Shown: positions 39,335 through 50,802, counted from the stretch's first letter. The stretch: 64,000 bases of DNA from Okamejei kenojei (GCA_035221665.1 CM069145.1:46500001-46564000), one strand, 5' to 3'. Notes: generated by a model not told the origin, from the letters alone. Made by a program: numbers and translations.

Positions 39335-39427
39335 CTGTTAAAGAAATTTATGTCTGGCTGAAGTGTGTCAAAGGCCAAGTTCATGATCCAAAGAGCCTGA
39401 TGCCAACACAGATTATCCCTGGTTCTG
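39335..39427 (+). CDS. JMJD1C: JMJD1C exon 14-equivalent (VKEIYVWLKCVKGQVHDPKSLMPTQIIPGS)
   Basis: tgtag|CT, CTG|gtaagt, 93 nt, phase 1-1. Confidence 0.95.
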
Positions 39428-39797
39428 GTAAGTTTGCAATCTACAGTTTAATTATGAATCAATTTCACAAAACCTTTGGTAAGCATGTAAAGTTCCAAGA
39501 ATTAATTATGCATAATTACTTTGTCATGTTTTAAGTTGTTATGTTGGTATGCTATGATTGTGCCCGAGAAAAAATCATTTATTTATCTTTACCTATAATG
39601 CAAGGACAATTTTGTCCATTATTAAATGGAAATATCACACTGCGAAAAATAATATTTCAGAGCAGAAAATCTGCCAAAAGAAATTTGAGTCAAAATAGAA
39701 TTCCTACTTATTAAAAGTTCTTGAGCAAATTAATTCTTGTGCATATTTGAATTTGCTCTTACAACATCAAACAAATGTTTCTTTTCTTTACTGTTAG

Positions 39798-39919
39798 TTT
39801 TGACAGATATTGGAAAGGTAGTGCATTCCATCAAGGACAGTTGGAAAATTTCTGCAGGTTATTTTAAGGAACAAAATGTACAACCTTCCAAACTCTCTAC
39901 AACGAATGGAGTTTTGCAG
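39798..39919 (+). CDS. JMJD1C: JMJD1C exon 15-equivalent (LTDIGKVVHSIKDSWKISAGYFKEQ...NGVLQ)
   Basis: gttag|TT, CAG|gtatag, 122 nt, phase 1-0. Confidence 0.88.
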
Positions 39920-40432
39920 GTATAGTACAGTATGGTGAATTGCAGCTTTCTTATTACTCGATGCAAGTAATTATTTGGATTGGTAAACCTCTGATATTTT
40001 AGGTGTTCCTTTTTGGGTACATTAGGTATTCCTGCCACTCTGGATGAAAAGTTTACTTCAGGAATTCAGAGCCTTATATTGTGGTTGATAGAAAAAGGTT
40101 TCTCTCGTGCTATGATATCAACTTACAATGCCATCAACTAATTTAAACAAGTGATAAAAATACATCATCCTGGATGGGAGGGAAATTATAATTTTGGTCA
40201 AGGAAGTTTGAACTTTTGATTATATTCTACATATTTGTAAATCCTGAATCTCAAGAGGTGAAATTACGAGGATGAAATATTCCCACCAAAAGTGACTATC
40301 TGTGGAAATAAAGAAGGTGGGATTTTTGCATCTCCCATCTGTATCCAGACCGGGGTAAGTCGATTTGTCTAAGGTCTGCCTGCACTGACGAGCTCCATGG
40401 TCTCTGATGACCCTGTGATCTCAGTCTCCAAG

Positions 40433-41505
40433 ACCTCCGGAAGTGGCTGCGCTGGCTGGCAGCTGTGGCTTACCTGCAGTCCGTCTGTTTTTTTTCTTTT
40501 TTTGTTGTCTTCTAGTGTTTGTTTTAGTAGAACTTTGTTTTATTAGGTTGCGTATGTGTGTGTGTGGGGGTGGGGGGGGTGGGAGAAACAGAGTTTTAGT
40601 CTCTCCCTTAGGGGGGATGCGTGTCCCCCGTCACCATCTGTGCTGAGGCCTAATGGCGGAGCTGCGGCGGCGGCCTGGTTTGGAGATGCAGTGCTCCAGC
40701 GGCGGCGCTGGCCCAGCTTAGAGCTGCGGTGCTCCAGCGACGGCGGCGGTGCTCCAGCGGCGGCGGCGGCCCAGCTTAGAGCTGCGGGGCTCCAGCGGCG
40801 GCGGTGGCCCAGCTTAGAGCTGCGGTGCTCAAGTGGCAGCGGCGGTCCGGCTTAGAACTGCGGTGCTCCAGCGGCGGCGGTGGCCCAGCTTAGAGCTGCG
40901 GTGCTCCGGCGGCGGCCCAGCTTAGAGCTGCGGTGCTCCAGCGGCGCCGGCGGCCCAGGTTAGAGCTGCGGTGCTCCAGCGGCGGCGGTGGCCCAGCTTA
41001 GAGCTGCGGTGCTCCAGTGGCAGCGGCGGCCCAGCTTAGAGCAGCGGTGCTCCAGTGGCGGCGGCGGCGGCCCGGTTTAGAGCTGCAGTGCGGCGGCAGC
41101 GGCCCAGCTTAGAGCTGTGGTGCTCCAGTGGCGGCGGCCACCCGGCTTAGAGCTGCAGTGCGGCGGCGGCAGCCCAGCTTAGAGCTGCGTGCTCCAGCGG
41201 TGGCGGCGGCCCAGCTTAGAGCTGCGGTGCTCCAGCGGCGGCGGTCTGGCTTAGAGCTGCGGAAAACCAGCGGCGTCGGAGGCCTGGATCGCCTCAGCGC
41301 CGAGGGAGAACTAGGAGAGATGAAGACAATGACTTAAGACTTTTGCCTTCCACCACGGTGAGGAGGTGCCTGGTGAACTCATTGTGGTGGATGTTGGATA
41401 TGTGTTTATTGTGGGCTTTTTTTAACTTATATATTATGACTGTATGGTAACAATTTCGTTCAGACCGAAAGGTCTGAATGACAATAAAGGAATCTAATCT
41501 AATCT
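40433..41505 (+). mobile_element. SINE-like non-autonomous retroposon with internal minisatellite and LINE-type tail
   Basis: CCGGAAGTGGC head, 3' hairpin TTCAGACC-GAAA-GGTCTGAA, TGACAATAAA and (AATCT)n tail. Confidence 0.7.
40690..41270. repeat. GC/CpG-rich minisatellite, unit about 30-36 bp (GGCCCAGCTTAGAGCTGCGGTGCTCCAGCGGCGGCGGT)
   Basis: Roughly 16-17 visible tandem units with a variable GGC run. Confidence 0.92.
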
Positions 41506-42059
41506 TTAACAAAAGATCCTTCTCAAGGCTGAACCCTTGGAAAAAGTCCATCCTTGATGGTGCACCTGGCTGTAGGGTTGTTATGACAGGCAGGTGGTTG
41601 GAAAAGACCAGTAATGAAAAGACAGAAGATGTGAGACAAAAGGATTGAAGAGTGGTGAATTGTGAAGCTAGAGGAAGGAATGCAGGTGGGAGGGGGAGGG
41701 GAGAAATGTGGACAGTCAAACCCGAGAAGGGAATATTGGAGCCTGTATTTGGAAATGAGCGGAAGAGCATTTTGGGGTGGCTGGAAAATGGAGATTTGGC
41801 CAAAACATAAAGACAAACAAAAAAACATTGCAGAACACTGCGTTGAATGATCAGCCATGATCATATTGAATGGCGGTGCAGGCTCGAATGGCTGAATGGT
41901 CTACTCCTGCACCTATTTTCTATGTTTCTATGCACAAGTGGTAAACGACTTTCTATCACCCCAGTTAGTGCTGATTTATTATAGTGGGGGGGAACCACCA
42001 GTGCTGATTTATTATAGTGGGGGGGAACTACTAAAAAGATGAAAATTATTTTAGAATTT

Positions 42060-42502
42060 GCCAGCTCATGCCTTTTTGTTGGTTACATCGAACAGTCCTT
42101 GTTCCTGGCATACACCGGCATCCCCTAACACTTTCTCCTCTACATCGATGACTGCATCGGGGCTGTCACTTGCACCCATGCAGAACTCGTTGATTTCATC
42201 AACTTTACTGCCGTCTCAACTGACGTCTACTACAAACCCTCCCCTGCCCAGTTCCATCTACCCATCACTCCCCCCCCCCCCCCCCCCCCCCCCCCCCCAC
42301 CCCCACCCTTTACTTAAATCCACAAATCACCCACCAGTCTGTCCTGCTCCTCTCTCAGATGTACGTAACTGCTATCTTCCCTCTACATTCTCATTCCTAA
42401 TATAGGGTCTCAACCCGAACGTCGCCCGTTTCATTTCCTCTGCCGATACTACCAGTATTTCCTCCTGTGCGTTGTATTTTGCTCAAGATTAAAGCATCTG
42501 CA
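42060..42502 (+). mobile_element. Penelope-like RT fragment and decayed pLTR
   Basis: GYIEQSLF...LYIDDCIGA...LVDFINF (YIDD motif) at about 42080-42210; AGGGTCTCAACCCGAACGTC at about 42404. Confidence 0.75.
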
Positions 42503-42637
42503 CATAGATCGGGCTTTTATTAGCTGGGCAGGACCTGTATACTGTTTTCCCTCGAGATACAGGCCTTGACTAGTTTTGTATGTATTTTCTAACTTTAGTT
42601 TTCTATTTTCTGTCATCTCTTTTGTCTGATTCTGCAG

Positions 42638-42749
42638 TGTGTCCTAAATCGCAGCACCATCAACTCAGTGGCTAAACAACTTTCGGCGTCTGAGAACCCA
42701 GAGGCTAATGACAATTCCAGCAGCCCTAGGATTCACATCATTGCGGAAG
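42638..42749 (+). CDS. JMJD1C: JMJD1C exon 16-equivalent, shortened (CVLNRSTINSVAKQLSASENPEANDNSSSPRIHIIAE)
   Basis: Long polypyrimidine tract, tgcag|TGT, AAG|gtaagt, 112 nt, phase 0-1, exactly the phase needed to join exons 15 and 17; VLN-S resembles human VLNHS. Confidence 0.8.
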
Positions 42750-43844
42750 GTAAGTTTGCACCATTTGATTCATACCAATATTAATGGCAAATAGAACGGA
42801 AAGCCATAGATAAGATAAATGGATAGTAAAAATCCAAGAATACAGTATTAATCAAAAGTTGCCAAGATTCTTTAACCACTTTAGTCTTAGCAGAAGAGTT
42901 AAAAGTTATAATGAAAACTCAATTATTGACTCCCTAACTCGGCCTTCAATGTTATCCATGTGCCAAAGAACTTTAAGCAATGGTATTTGTGCTAAATGTC
43001 AAAGTGTATGCTACCAACTCCTATTAGCCGTAGGTTTATGCACTGCATTTGTTTTTCCAGCTGAAGTTCTCTTTTATATGACAGCAATGTGGGCAATTAC
43101 AGGAAGCACTTTAGGCGTGAAAAAATCTCAGTTAAAACATGCGACTGATGTAATGGCAAAATGCTGGAATTGTTCAAGTCGGGTTTATTCAGTGTTGATG
43201 CAGGATTAATATTTTGGCCTTCAAACTTGTTAAAATTAATGTCAAGGATGTGACGGTTTTAATTGAGAACAAAGCCAGAGAAAGGGACAGAATGTATAAA
43301 AGGTTAAGTTTCATTGGTGGAAGGACACGAGTGATTAAGTGCACAATGGTGCATTTAAAAAAAATGGGGTTAATAAGTTTGTGAAGAAGCATAATGGCTG
43401 TAGTAGAGGTGTAAATGGCAGCCACATGATCATTACCAGTATGTGCTGTATATGAAAATAAGAACAATGATAATGATTATAATTCTTAAATTCTCTGAGA
43501 CAAATAAGTAGACATTGCCAGATCTTCTCCATGAAATTTTATTTAACCTGGTTTATGTCAAATGAATTATTAGTAAATTCTGCAACTTGCTAATTGTTGA
43601 CCATTGTAATAAATGTTTTGTATCAACCGTAGTCCCCGGAATAATACGATCACTAATTAATTTCCAACCACAGTGTTTTGGTGGGGTAAAATTTGCAGTA
43701 ATACCAGAATAATTATGTGCCATTTGAATGATGCCTTGTGATCCTTGCTTCACCAGGCAGGCTGATGTTTATTAAGTTATTGAAACCAGCTTCTCATACT
43801 AAATAGCATTCATGAAATGTCTGAATAATTTACAGAGACTAAAA

Positions 43845-44037
43845 AGGTTACAGATGCTATAATCTGGAGCAAAAGACAAATTGGTGGAAGAACTCAGTGG
43901 GTAAGAAAGGAGGGAAATGAATGGTTGACGTTTTGGGTTGAGGCCCTGCATCAGGACTGACTAACTCAAGCCAAAATATGTACCATTCCTTTCTCACCGT
44001 ACAGATGCCATCTGACCCACTGAGGTCCTACAGCAGG
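43845..44037. mobile_element. Palindromic Penelope-derived short element (degenerate)
   Basis: CAGATGC..GAACTCAGTGGG..GACGTTTTGGGTTGAGGCCCTGCATCAGGACTG..CCCACTGAG. Confidence 0.6.
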
Positions 44038-44482
44038 TTGGGTACAGGCAAGGCCAGCATTTCTCTTGGGAAGATGCTCATGTGCCGCAATATTGAATGA
44101 CTGAAGTCAAGTATTGACAGTATTGCTGGTAAGGAGTTTCAGAACTTGGATTGAGTGACGATGAAGGAGCAGTGATGCATTTCTAACCAAGGATTGTGTG
44201 TGGCTGGAAGAGGCCCTGAGTGGGTATTGTTTTCTTGGCTTGTCCTTGGCAGCATAGGTCGCATGTCTGGGAGATGCTATTGGAGTAGCTTAAATGAATT
44301 AGAACAGGACCTTTTACAATTGGTATATGATACAGAAACTTTGTGGTGAGTCTACAGGGAGTGCAGGAACAGGGTCCAACGAGTCTAAAGGATGCATGGA
44401 AATGGGCCCCAGTAAATCTAAAGGTAATGCACAAACAGGATCTGATAAGATAAAAGGAAATGCGGTAATGGGATGAGTCTGA

Positions 44483-44699
44483 AGGGCCTGTACCACTTTC
44501 ACGACTTAATTCACGACCTTTTTTACTCGTGGACATTTTTCATCATGTTGAAAAAAAGCCCCGACCTACTTCATGCCACAAGTACCTACGACGAGCATCA
44601 CGGCCTACCTACGACCTCGTGACGACCATGCTGCGAGTATGAGTCAAGGGCAAACTCGGCAGAGGTCGTAAATTAGGTCATGAAAGTGGGACAGGCCCT
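44483..44699. mobile_element. PIF/Harbinger-like MITE inserted in a degenerate tandem repeat of about 32 bp (44340-44765)
   Basis: TGA|AGGGCCTGTACCACTTTCA...TGAAAGTGGGACAGGCCCT|TAA; internal ACGAC repeats. Confidence 0.8.
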
Positions 44700-45509
44700 T
44701 AAAGGGAGTGCAGGAACAGGGAGTGGTGTCTAAAGAGATTGCTGGAAATAATCCAATGAGCCTAATGCTAAATCGTTGGAATAATCAATTATCTGAGTTT
44801 TACTGAATTTGTGTGAAGGAAATTGGAGATGTGCAGAAGGGCCAAAATGGAGTAAAGCATATATTCAAATGGATGGAGCAGTCAGGAGGTTCAATCACTT
44901 AGATGGATATGAACAGAAAGGAATTTTAATTTGCATCATTTCATATTGTAAAGGCAAGTCTTTTGACTGTTCAACTTTAAAGGCAAGATATTTTCCATTG
45001 GATAGACATTGAACATTGCTATTCATTTGTTGTTCACTTTATGATTTAAAGCAGGTAAAATATATGATTAAACACAAATATTTTTCTTTAATTATTCACT
45101 GCCTGTATATTTTCAGAACGCTTTCCCACAGAAGTACATTCCACTTGCTCATATTATTTCCCTGAAGACAATCTAATCTTATTTAGTACATTGTTGACTT
45201 AGGTGTATACTGATGAAGAAATGTGTTTTTTTTTCCCACAATTTGACCTGCAGTGTACACTTTGAACCATAGCCTTTTCTCTATTATTCTTTAAATTCAA
45301 CATGTAACTTTTGGAGCTGCTATTTATAATTGATTTACCTTGAATGGAATGCCTCTAATTGCAAGCAGCTAATGGCTGTATTTTTTAAATAACCAAAGTG
45401 CTGATTGTCTCATCTAAAGCATCATAACATCAGTCCACTACTTGCAACTGTCATTTACAACATTTCTTCAATGGGCAAAACCTACTCTCTTGCATTTGGA
45501 ATTTTGATG

Positions 45510-46428
45510 GACTTGATGGAATTTTGATGGACTTACCATCAACTCCAAGAAGATTCAGGTTATCTACCAATCATCACCAACTGAGACAAATCGGAAAGAA
45601 CCATTGATTCAACTTGGTGAAACAACCCTGGAAAATGTGGATCACTTTTCATACCTTGGAAGTCACTTCTCCTCCAATGTCGAACTTGATAACAAGATAC
45701 ATCGTCTTAAGTGTGCTGGAACAACTTTTGGACGTTTTCGAACGAAAGCCTTTCATAATCATGACATCTGAACAGACATCAAAATGTTAGTGTACAAGGC
45801 AGTGGTGATTCCAACGCTCCTGTATGCATCAGAAACCTGGACATATCGACGCCATCTGAAAACACTTGAAAAGTCCCATCAACGATGGCTTCGAAGCAGC
45901 TTAAATTTCAGTTGGGAAAGAAGAACCAATGTCAGCATGCTGAATGAAGCGAAAACATCTAGCATCGAAGCCTTCGTCATCAAGAACCAACTAAGATGGG
46001 TCGGTCATGTCATTCAGATGGAAGACGAGCTTCTACCAATGCAAACCTTCTACTCCCAGCTTAAAGAAGGCAAACGTAAAAGAGGTGGACAAAGTCAGAG
46101 ATTCAAAGATGCCTTAAAAGTCAGCATGAAGAAATGTGAAATCGACATTGACAATTGGGAAACCAATGCCAAGGACAGGAAACTCTGGTGAACCATCATC
46201 GAAGAAGGAACAGCGACCTTCAAAGCCAAGTGATGCGCAGAATTAGAAGAAAAGAGAAAACAGAAAGAGAGGCAGCAACAACCAAGGCCCGGTCTGCCAT
46301 CTGGAATTATCTGTCCTGAATGTCGAAGAACTTTCAAAGCGGGATTGGACTCAAAAGCCACCTGAGAGTCCATAGAAACAACAGAACGTTGACCATCATC
46401 CTCCACCTTGAGGGATTGCCACGACGAC
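45510..46428 (+). mobile_element. RTE-clade LINE, 5'-truncated
   Basis: VYKAVVIPTLLYASETW, QLRWVGHV..M, GKRKRGGQ..RFKD.LK, C-terminal CxxC..HxxxH remnant, (ACG)n tail; 70-bp flanking duplication. Confidence 0.92.
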
Positions 46429-46824
46429 TCGCAAATGTCATTTACGACATTTTTTCAATAGGCAAAGCCTGTTCTCTTGCATTTTAAATTTTGATGTAAA
46501 TCGTATGTGTTAATATTTTGGGTCACATTTCTAAGTAACTTGAGATAAGTTCCCAGTATAGTATAAATGGGCAGATTGAAAAAGAAAGATATCTGAGCAT
46601 GTAATTAAACGTCATTTAAAAAAATCCAACAATATCAAGTGTTAGATTGGTAGCATAGTTAGTTGTAAAATTACTATTGGTTCATTTTCATAATTAAACA
46701 AATTAGGTTGCCCGATGATATGTTTATATCCTGCAGCGATGTGGTGGTCGTAGTAAAAACAAATTGATATTAACATGCAAAATGTCAAAGTAAAACATCT
46801 GGTTTTTTTTTTAACTGTTTATAG

Positions 46825-47024
46825 AAAACAAAGAATTGTTCATGTCCAAGGCAGTGAAGGTTGAATTAAACCAAATGGATAAGACAGAGAATTGCAAAAC
46901 TGCTGCCCCAAATGAAACGGGGTCAACTCTACGGGAGTTACTTACTGCAACAGCTGGCAAATTGCGATTAGGCTCAACTGATGCTGGGATTGCCTTTGCC
47001 CCAGTGTTTTCTGCAGAAACACCT
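46825..47024 (+). CDS. JMJD1C: JMJD1C exon 17-equivalent with LXXLL motif (GSTLRELLTATAGKLRLGSTDAGIAFAPV)
   Basis: tatag|AA, CCT|gtaagt, 200 nt, phase 1-0; LRELL at 46929-46943. Confidence 0.94.
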
Positions 47025-47583
47025 GTAAGTAGAATTTATTAATGTGGATATTTATAGGTTTTCCATTTTGTAGTGCAACCATTTCTTCATGTTGTGCAGC
47101 TGCACTTGGAGAGGGAAGGTAGTGTAAATCTAACAACCTGCTGCTGTCATTATAATGAATTGATAATGTAGTCTGTATTTTATTTTCTGATAGAAATATT
47201 AGCTTCATCAATGGTCCTCTATTAAAGGTATTAAATGGATTTGTAAGAGCTACGAAACAATGAATGTATAGTAGAAATAGTTATATAATGTGTATTTCAC
47301 ATTATATTACTATATATCGCATATCACAAATGTCACATATAATGTGCATTTCAAAGTATTTCATCCCGCTGATTTATTTTTCAATGGCGCTGGTTTCATG
47401 CATTCCCGTAGTTTAGAGTTAGAGACACAGCAGAACGCACAGACAATTCATTCATACTAAGTGGGTTATAATCAACAAAATGTTGTGAGTGCAGTAGGCT
47501 TGTTCATTGGTACAAGATAGTCTTAGCTTATGTACATACACTTGATGAGTATTTGACATTGCTTTCTTTGCTACTCCTTGTAG

Positions 47584-47865
47584 ATTGGCAGAGGTGCAAG
47601 AAGCATGCCGAATCTCTTAGATGACATAATTGCATCAGTTGTGGAAAATAAGATCCCAGCAAGTAAATCGGAGAAATTGCACGGGAAAGAAGAAGCAAAT
47701 CAACATTTGCAAAAAGAAATAAAAAACTTAAATTTAGATTCCATCAGCAAGAATCATCCTGAAGAATCACATTCTTGGCTTTGTGGGGGAAATGTACTGT
47801 GGCTCCAAGATTCTGGAAATCCAAGCAATTGTAAGATATTCAGAGAATGCTGGAGACAAGAACAG
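47584..47865 (+). CDS. JMJD1C: JMJD1C exon 18-equivalent (IGRGARSMPNLLDDIIASVVENKIP...FRECWRQEQ)
   Basis: tgtag|ATT, CAG|gtctgt, 282 nt, phase 0-0. Confidence 0.93.
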
Positions 47866-48132
47866 GTCTGTACAAATTCAGATTGAAGAAATCAAAGCAG
47901 ATCTAAATATTGAGCACTTTACCACTGAAATTGGGTTTGTGGCTATTGCTAGAGATGTATTATTGAGAAATGAAAAAGATGATGCTGTAATTAAAAATGT
48001 TTGTAATATCAAATATTTAGATGTGTTGGCTCAAATATATATTGGGAAATTAATTCATGTGAAATTATGATATTGTTCACTTAGAAATATTCTCTTGAAA
48101 ATCAAATTTTCCCAAAATAAAATATTTTACAG

Positions 48133-48304
48133 CCTGTTCTTGTGTCTGGAGTGCACACAAAACTAAATTCCAACATTTGGAAACCTGAAAGCTTCAATGA
48201 AGATTTTGCAGACCAGAAGGTTGATCTAATTAACTGCAAAGATGGCAGTATCGTATCCGGTGTGAGAATTCAAGACTTCTGGGATGGTTTTGAAGATTTA
48301 ACGA
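48133..48304 (+). CDS. JMJD1C: JMJD1C exon 19-equivalent (PVLVSGVH...DFWDGFEDLT)
   Basis: tacag|CCT, CGA|gtaagt, 172 nt, phase 0-1. Confidence 0.95.
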
Positions 48305-48413
48305 GTAAGTATCACTTGCATATGATTTGTTTGGAGTGATTGTAATAAGGTTGATTAATTATTTGGACTCTTAATTTGCAAAATAATTTTTGATTTCACA
48401 CACTCACAAGCAT

Positions 48414-50496
48414 GGGTGATTCTTCAGTAAGTGTCTACTTTGACGTTTCTGGAAACCCGATTATAAAACTTAAATTGTTGCAACTTTGAATGTTGTTTCA
48501 CATAGATGAACATGTCTACAATGGGAAAGATATGTTTGGCACAATCTTTTAGAGAATTTAATTCATTTTTTTCTCTCTACGTTTTTCCAGGTTGCCCATT
48601 GCATTCAGTCACATCCGTCGCATTTTTATGATGAACAACACTGTTAAAAATAAATGATTTAAGAATATAAAATCACATTTTTTGGTAGTCTTTCAAATTA
48701 TAATCTTCCTCAAATAATCCACCAAAAAAAACTTTTTCAGTCTAACGCATTGATCTTAAACCTTTGTAACAGTTTACTGCCGAAAAAAAGTGGTGATTTT
48801 CAGCAAGAATGGTAACCATCACATTACTTTTCACCAACTTCCTCTAAAACAATATTAACTTCAGATGAATAGGCAGAAGCATCCTGTTAATTTATCAATT
48901 ACAATTCATAATTATGGTAATTGTTGTATTATTTTACATATATTGACCATAAAATACTCATGTGACGGACATGACTCAGCGCGGTGGAGATGATCAAGTT
49001 TGGGTGTGTCACGTGACTGAGATGACTAAAGGGTGATTTTTCAGTAACTGTCTACTTTGGTGTCCCGCTACTTTGATGCTGTATATAAGGAAAATCAGTA
49101 ATTCTATCCCATTTCTTCTTTTTCTATATTGTTAATAAACATAATCCTCATAAATAAAGATTAAACCCTAAATGAATAAAGGGAAAACTACATGTCCCGA
49201 TGGTTACTTGTGAAATTTCAAGTCAGCACATTTATTTAATGGGGGATCTATCTACAATGAAAATACTTTTAAACGGTAGGTATCAATAATTAAAATATTT
49301 ATCACCCTTAAAAACAATTCCTCTATTCTTGATAGGGCTAGGGTTGGGGCTCGGACTAGGGTTATGGCTAGGGTTGGGGATAGGGCTTGGCCTAGGGTTC
49401 GGACGGAAGCAGAAGTGCACAGAGGTAGAAGCTGCACAAGCGCCCGGTGAGAAGACCTTATCCTCCGTGCCATTGAGGCCGGTTGCAGGAGGTATTAATC
49501 CGTCACTTACCACTGATCTCCCGGACTCCAGCTCCATCTCCAGCCCTGGCAGCTCCAGCTCCCGTTGCAGCCATTGCCTCTTCCCGTGGCCCGTTGTCCC
49601 TCTCCACGCCCGGCCCTCTTCAGCCCATGTTCCGGGTTGGGGAGGGGGGGGGGGGGGGGGGGGGGGGGAACAAGGGCTGAAGAGGGTTGGAGATGGAGCT
49701 GGAGCTAGATGGAGATTGGGGGTTAACTTACGGAGGTGGCCGTGACGGGTATGGTGGCCTAAGCCTTTAGCCCAGGATAGCCTCACCGGAAGGCCATGCC
49801 TGGTCATATCGTTTGGACGAATGGCACATTGCATGATTTGTTCTCCAGAACAAATCAAAAAAGAACATTTTTTTTTAATTTTCTAAGATTCAGCACCATT
49901 CGGAGGTGGTGCTGATTAAAGGTACTCTCCCGTTATGCTGCAAAAAGCGGAGTTTTCATACGCTTCTTGTCCTGCAAATCAGGAGAAATTCACAAGGTAG
50001 GGGACTTTCGCATTCTGCGGTCTTTTGAGGTCTATTCCATTTAATTAAATCCATGTGGGATTGCTCAACACAGATGAGTGACGGTAAATGACTCCAATCG
50101 TCGGGATAAGACATTTTTGAAAAAAAACAGTAAGATTTATAATTTTATCAAGATTGGAGGAATTTTTTGAAGGATGAAAAATATTTTAATTATTAATACC
50201 TACCGTTTAAAAGTAATTTCATTTCATATAGATCCCCCGTTAAATAAATAAGTAGACTTGAAATTTCACAAGTAACCATCAGGACATGCGGTTTTCCGTG
50301 CGGGGAGGGGGGGGGGGGGGCATCGAACATCGGGAAAAAAATAACACTATTCATTTAGGGTTTAATCTTTATTTATGAGGATTCTGTTTATTAACAATAT
50401 AGAAAAAGAAGAAATGGGATAGAATTACGAATTTTCCTTAAATACAGCATCAAAGTAGCGGGACACCAAATTAGACACTTACTGAAGAATCACCCT
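48414..50496. mobile_element. Non-autonomous DNA transposon with inverted repeats of about 300 bp (49030-49334 versus 50146-50496) and an extra terminus at 48414
   Basis: GGGTGATT(C/T)TTCAGTAA(G/C)TGTCTA at 48414 and 49031; reverse complement at 50472-50495; superfamily unresolved. Confidence 0.75.
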
Positions 50497-50711
50497 CATA
50501 TCAATGGCACCTTTTTCTAATGCGTGTTAAATATTTAAACTTTATTGAGTAACCAAAGCAATTCTCTCTAGTTTAAGTTTATGATTGTCACGTGTACCTA
50601 GGTACAGTGCAAAGCTTTTGTTTGCATGCTATCAAGTTAAAGAAAAGACTACATTTTAAGAATAAACTGAGTACATTTATATTTTATCTGGAGTCTTTAT
50701 CCCTTATCCAG

Positions 50712-50802
50712 AGCGATTGAAGTCTAAGAATGGGGAATCTTTATTGCTGAAGCTCAATGATTGGCCTTCTGGTGAAGATTTTAAAACCATGATGCCTTCT
50801 AG
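50712..50802 (+). CDS. JMJD1C: JMJD1C exon 20-equivalent (RLKSKNGESLLLKLNDWPSGEDFKTMMPS)
   Basis: tccag|AG, TAG|gtaatt, 91 nt, phase 1-2. Confidence 0.94.

Noticed and set aside
40690-41270. Regular repeats resembling a CRISPR array
   Set aside because: Units are head-to-tail with no unique spacers, there are no cas genes and the context is a vertebrate intron; it is a minisatellite
41967-42032. 33-bp direct repeat as a regulatory element
   Set aside because: Simple two-copy tandem duplication among repeat debris, with no other support
49335-49399. Interstitial telomere from a chromosome fusion
   Set aside because: Only about 10 degenerate hexamers, located inside a TIR-bounded element
49283-49858. 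191-aa and 138-aa ORFs as novel genes
   Set aside because: Low-complexity products of GC-rich transposon interior and G runs, with no recognisable domain
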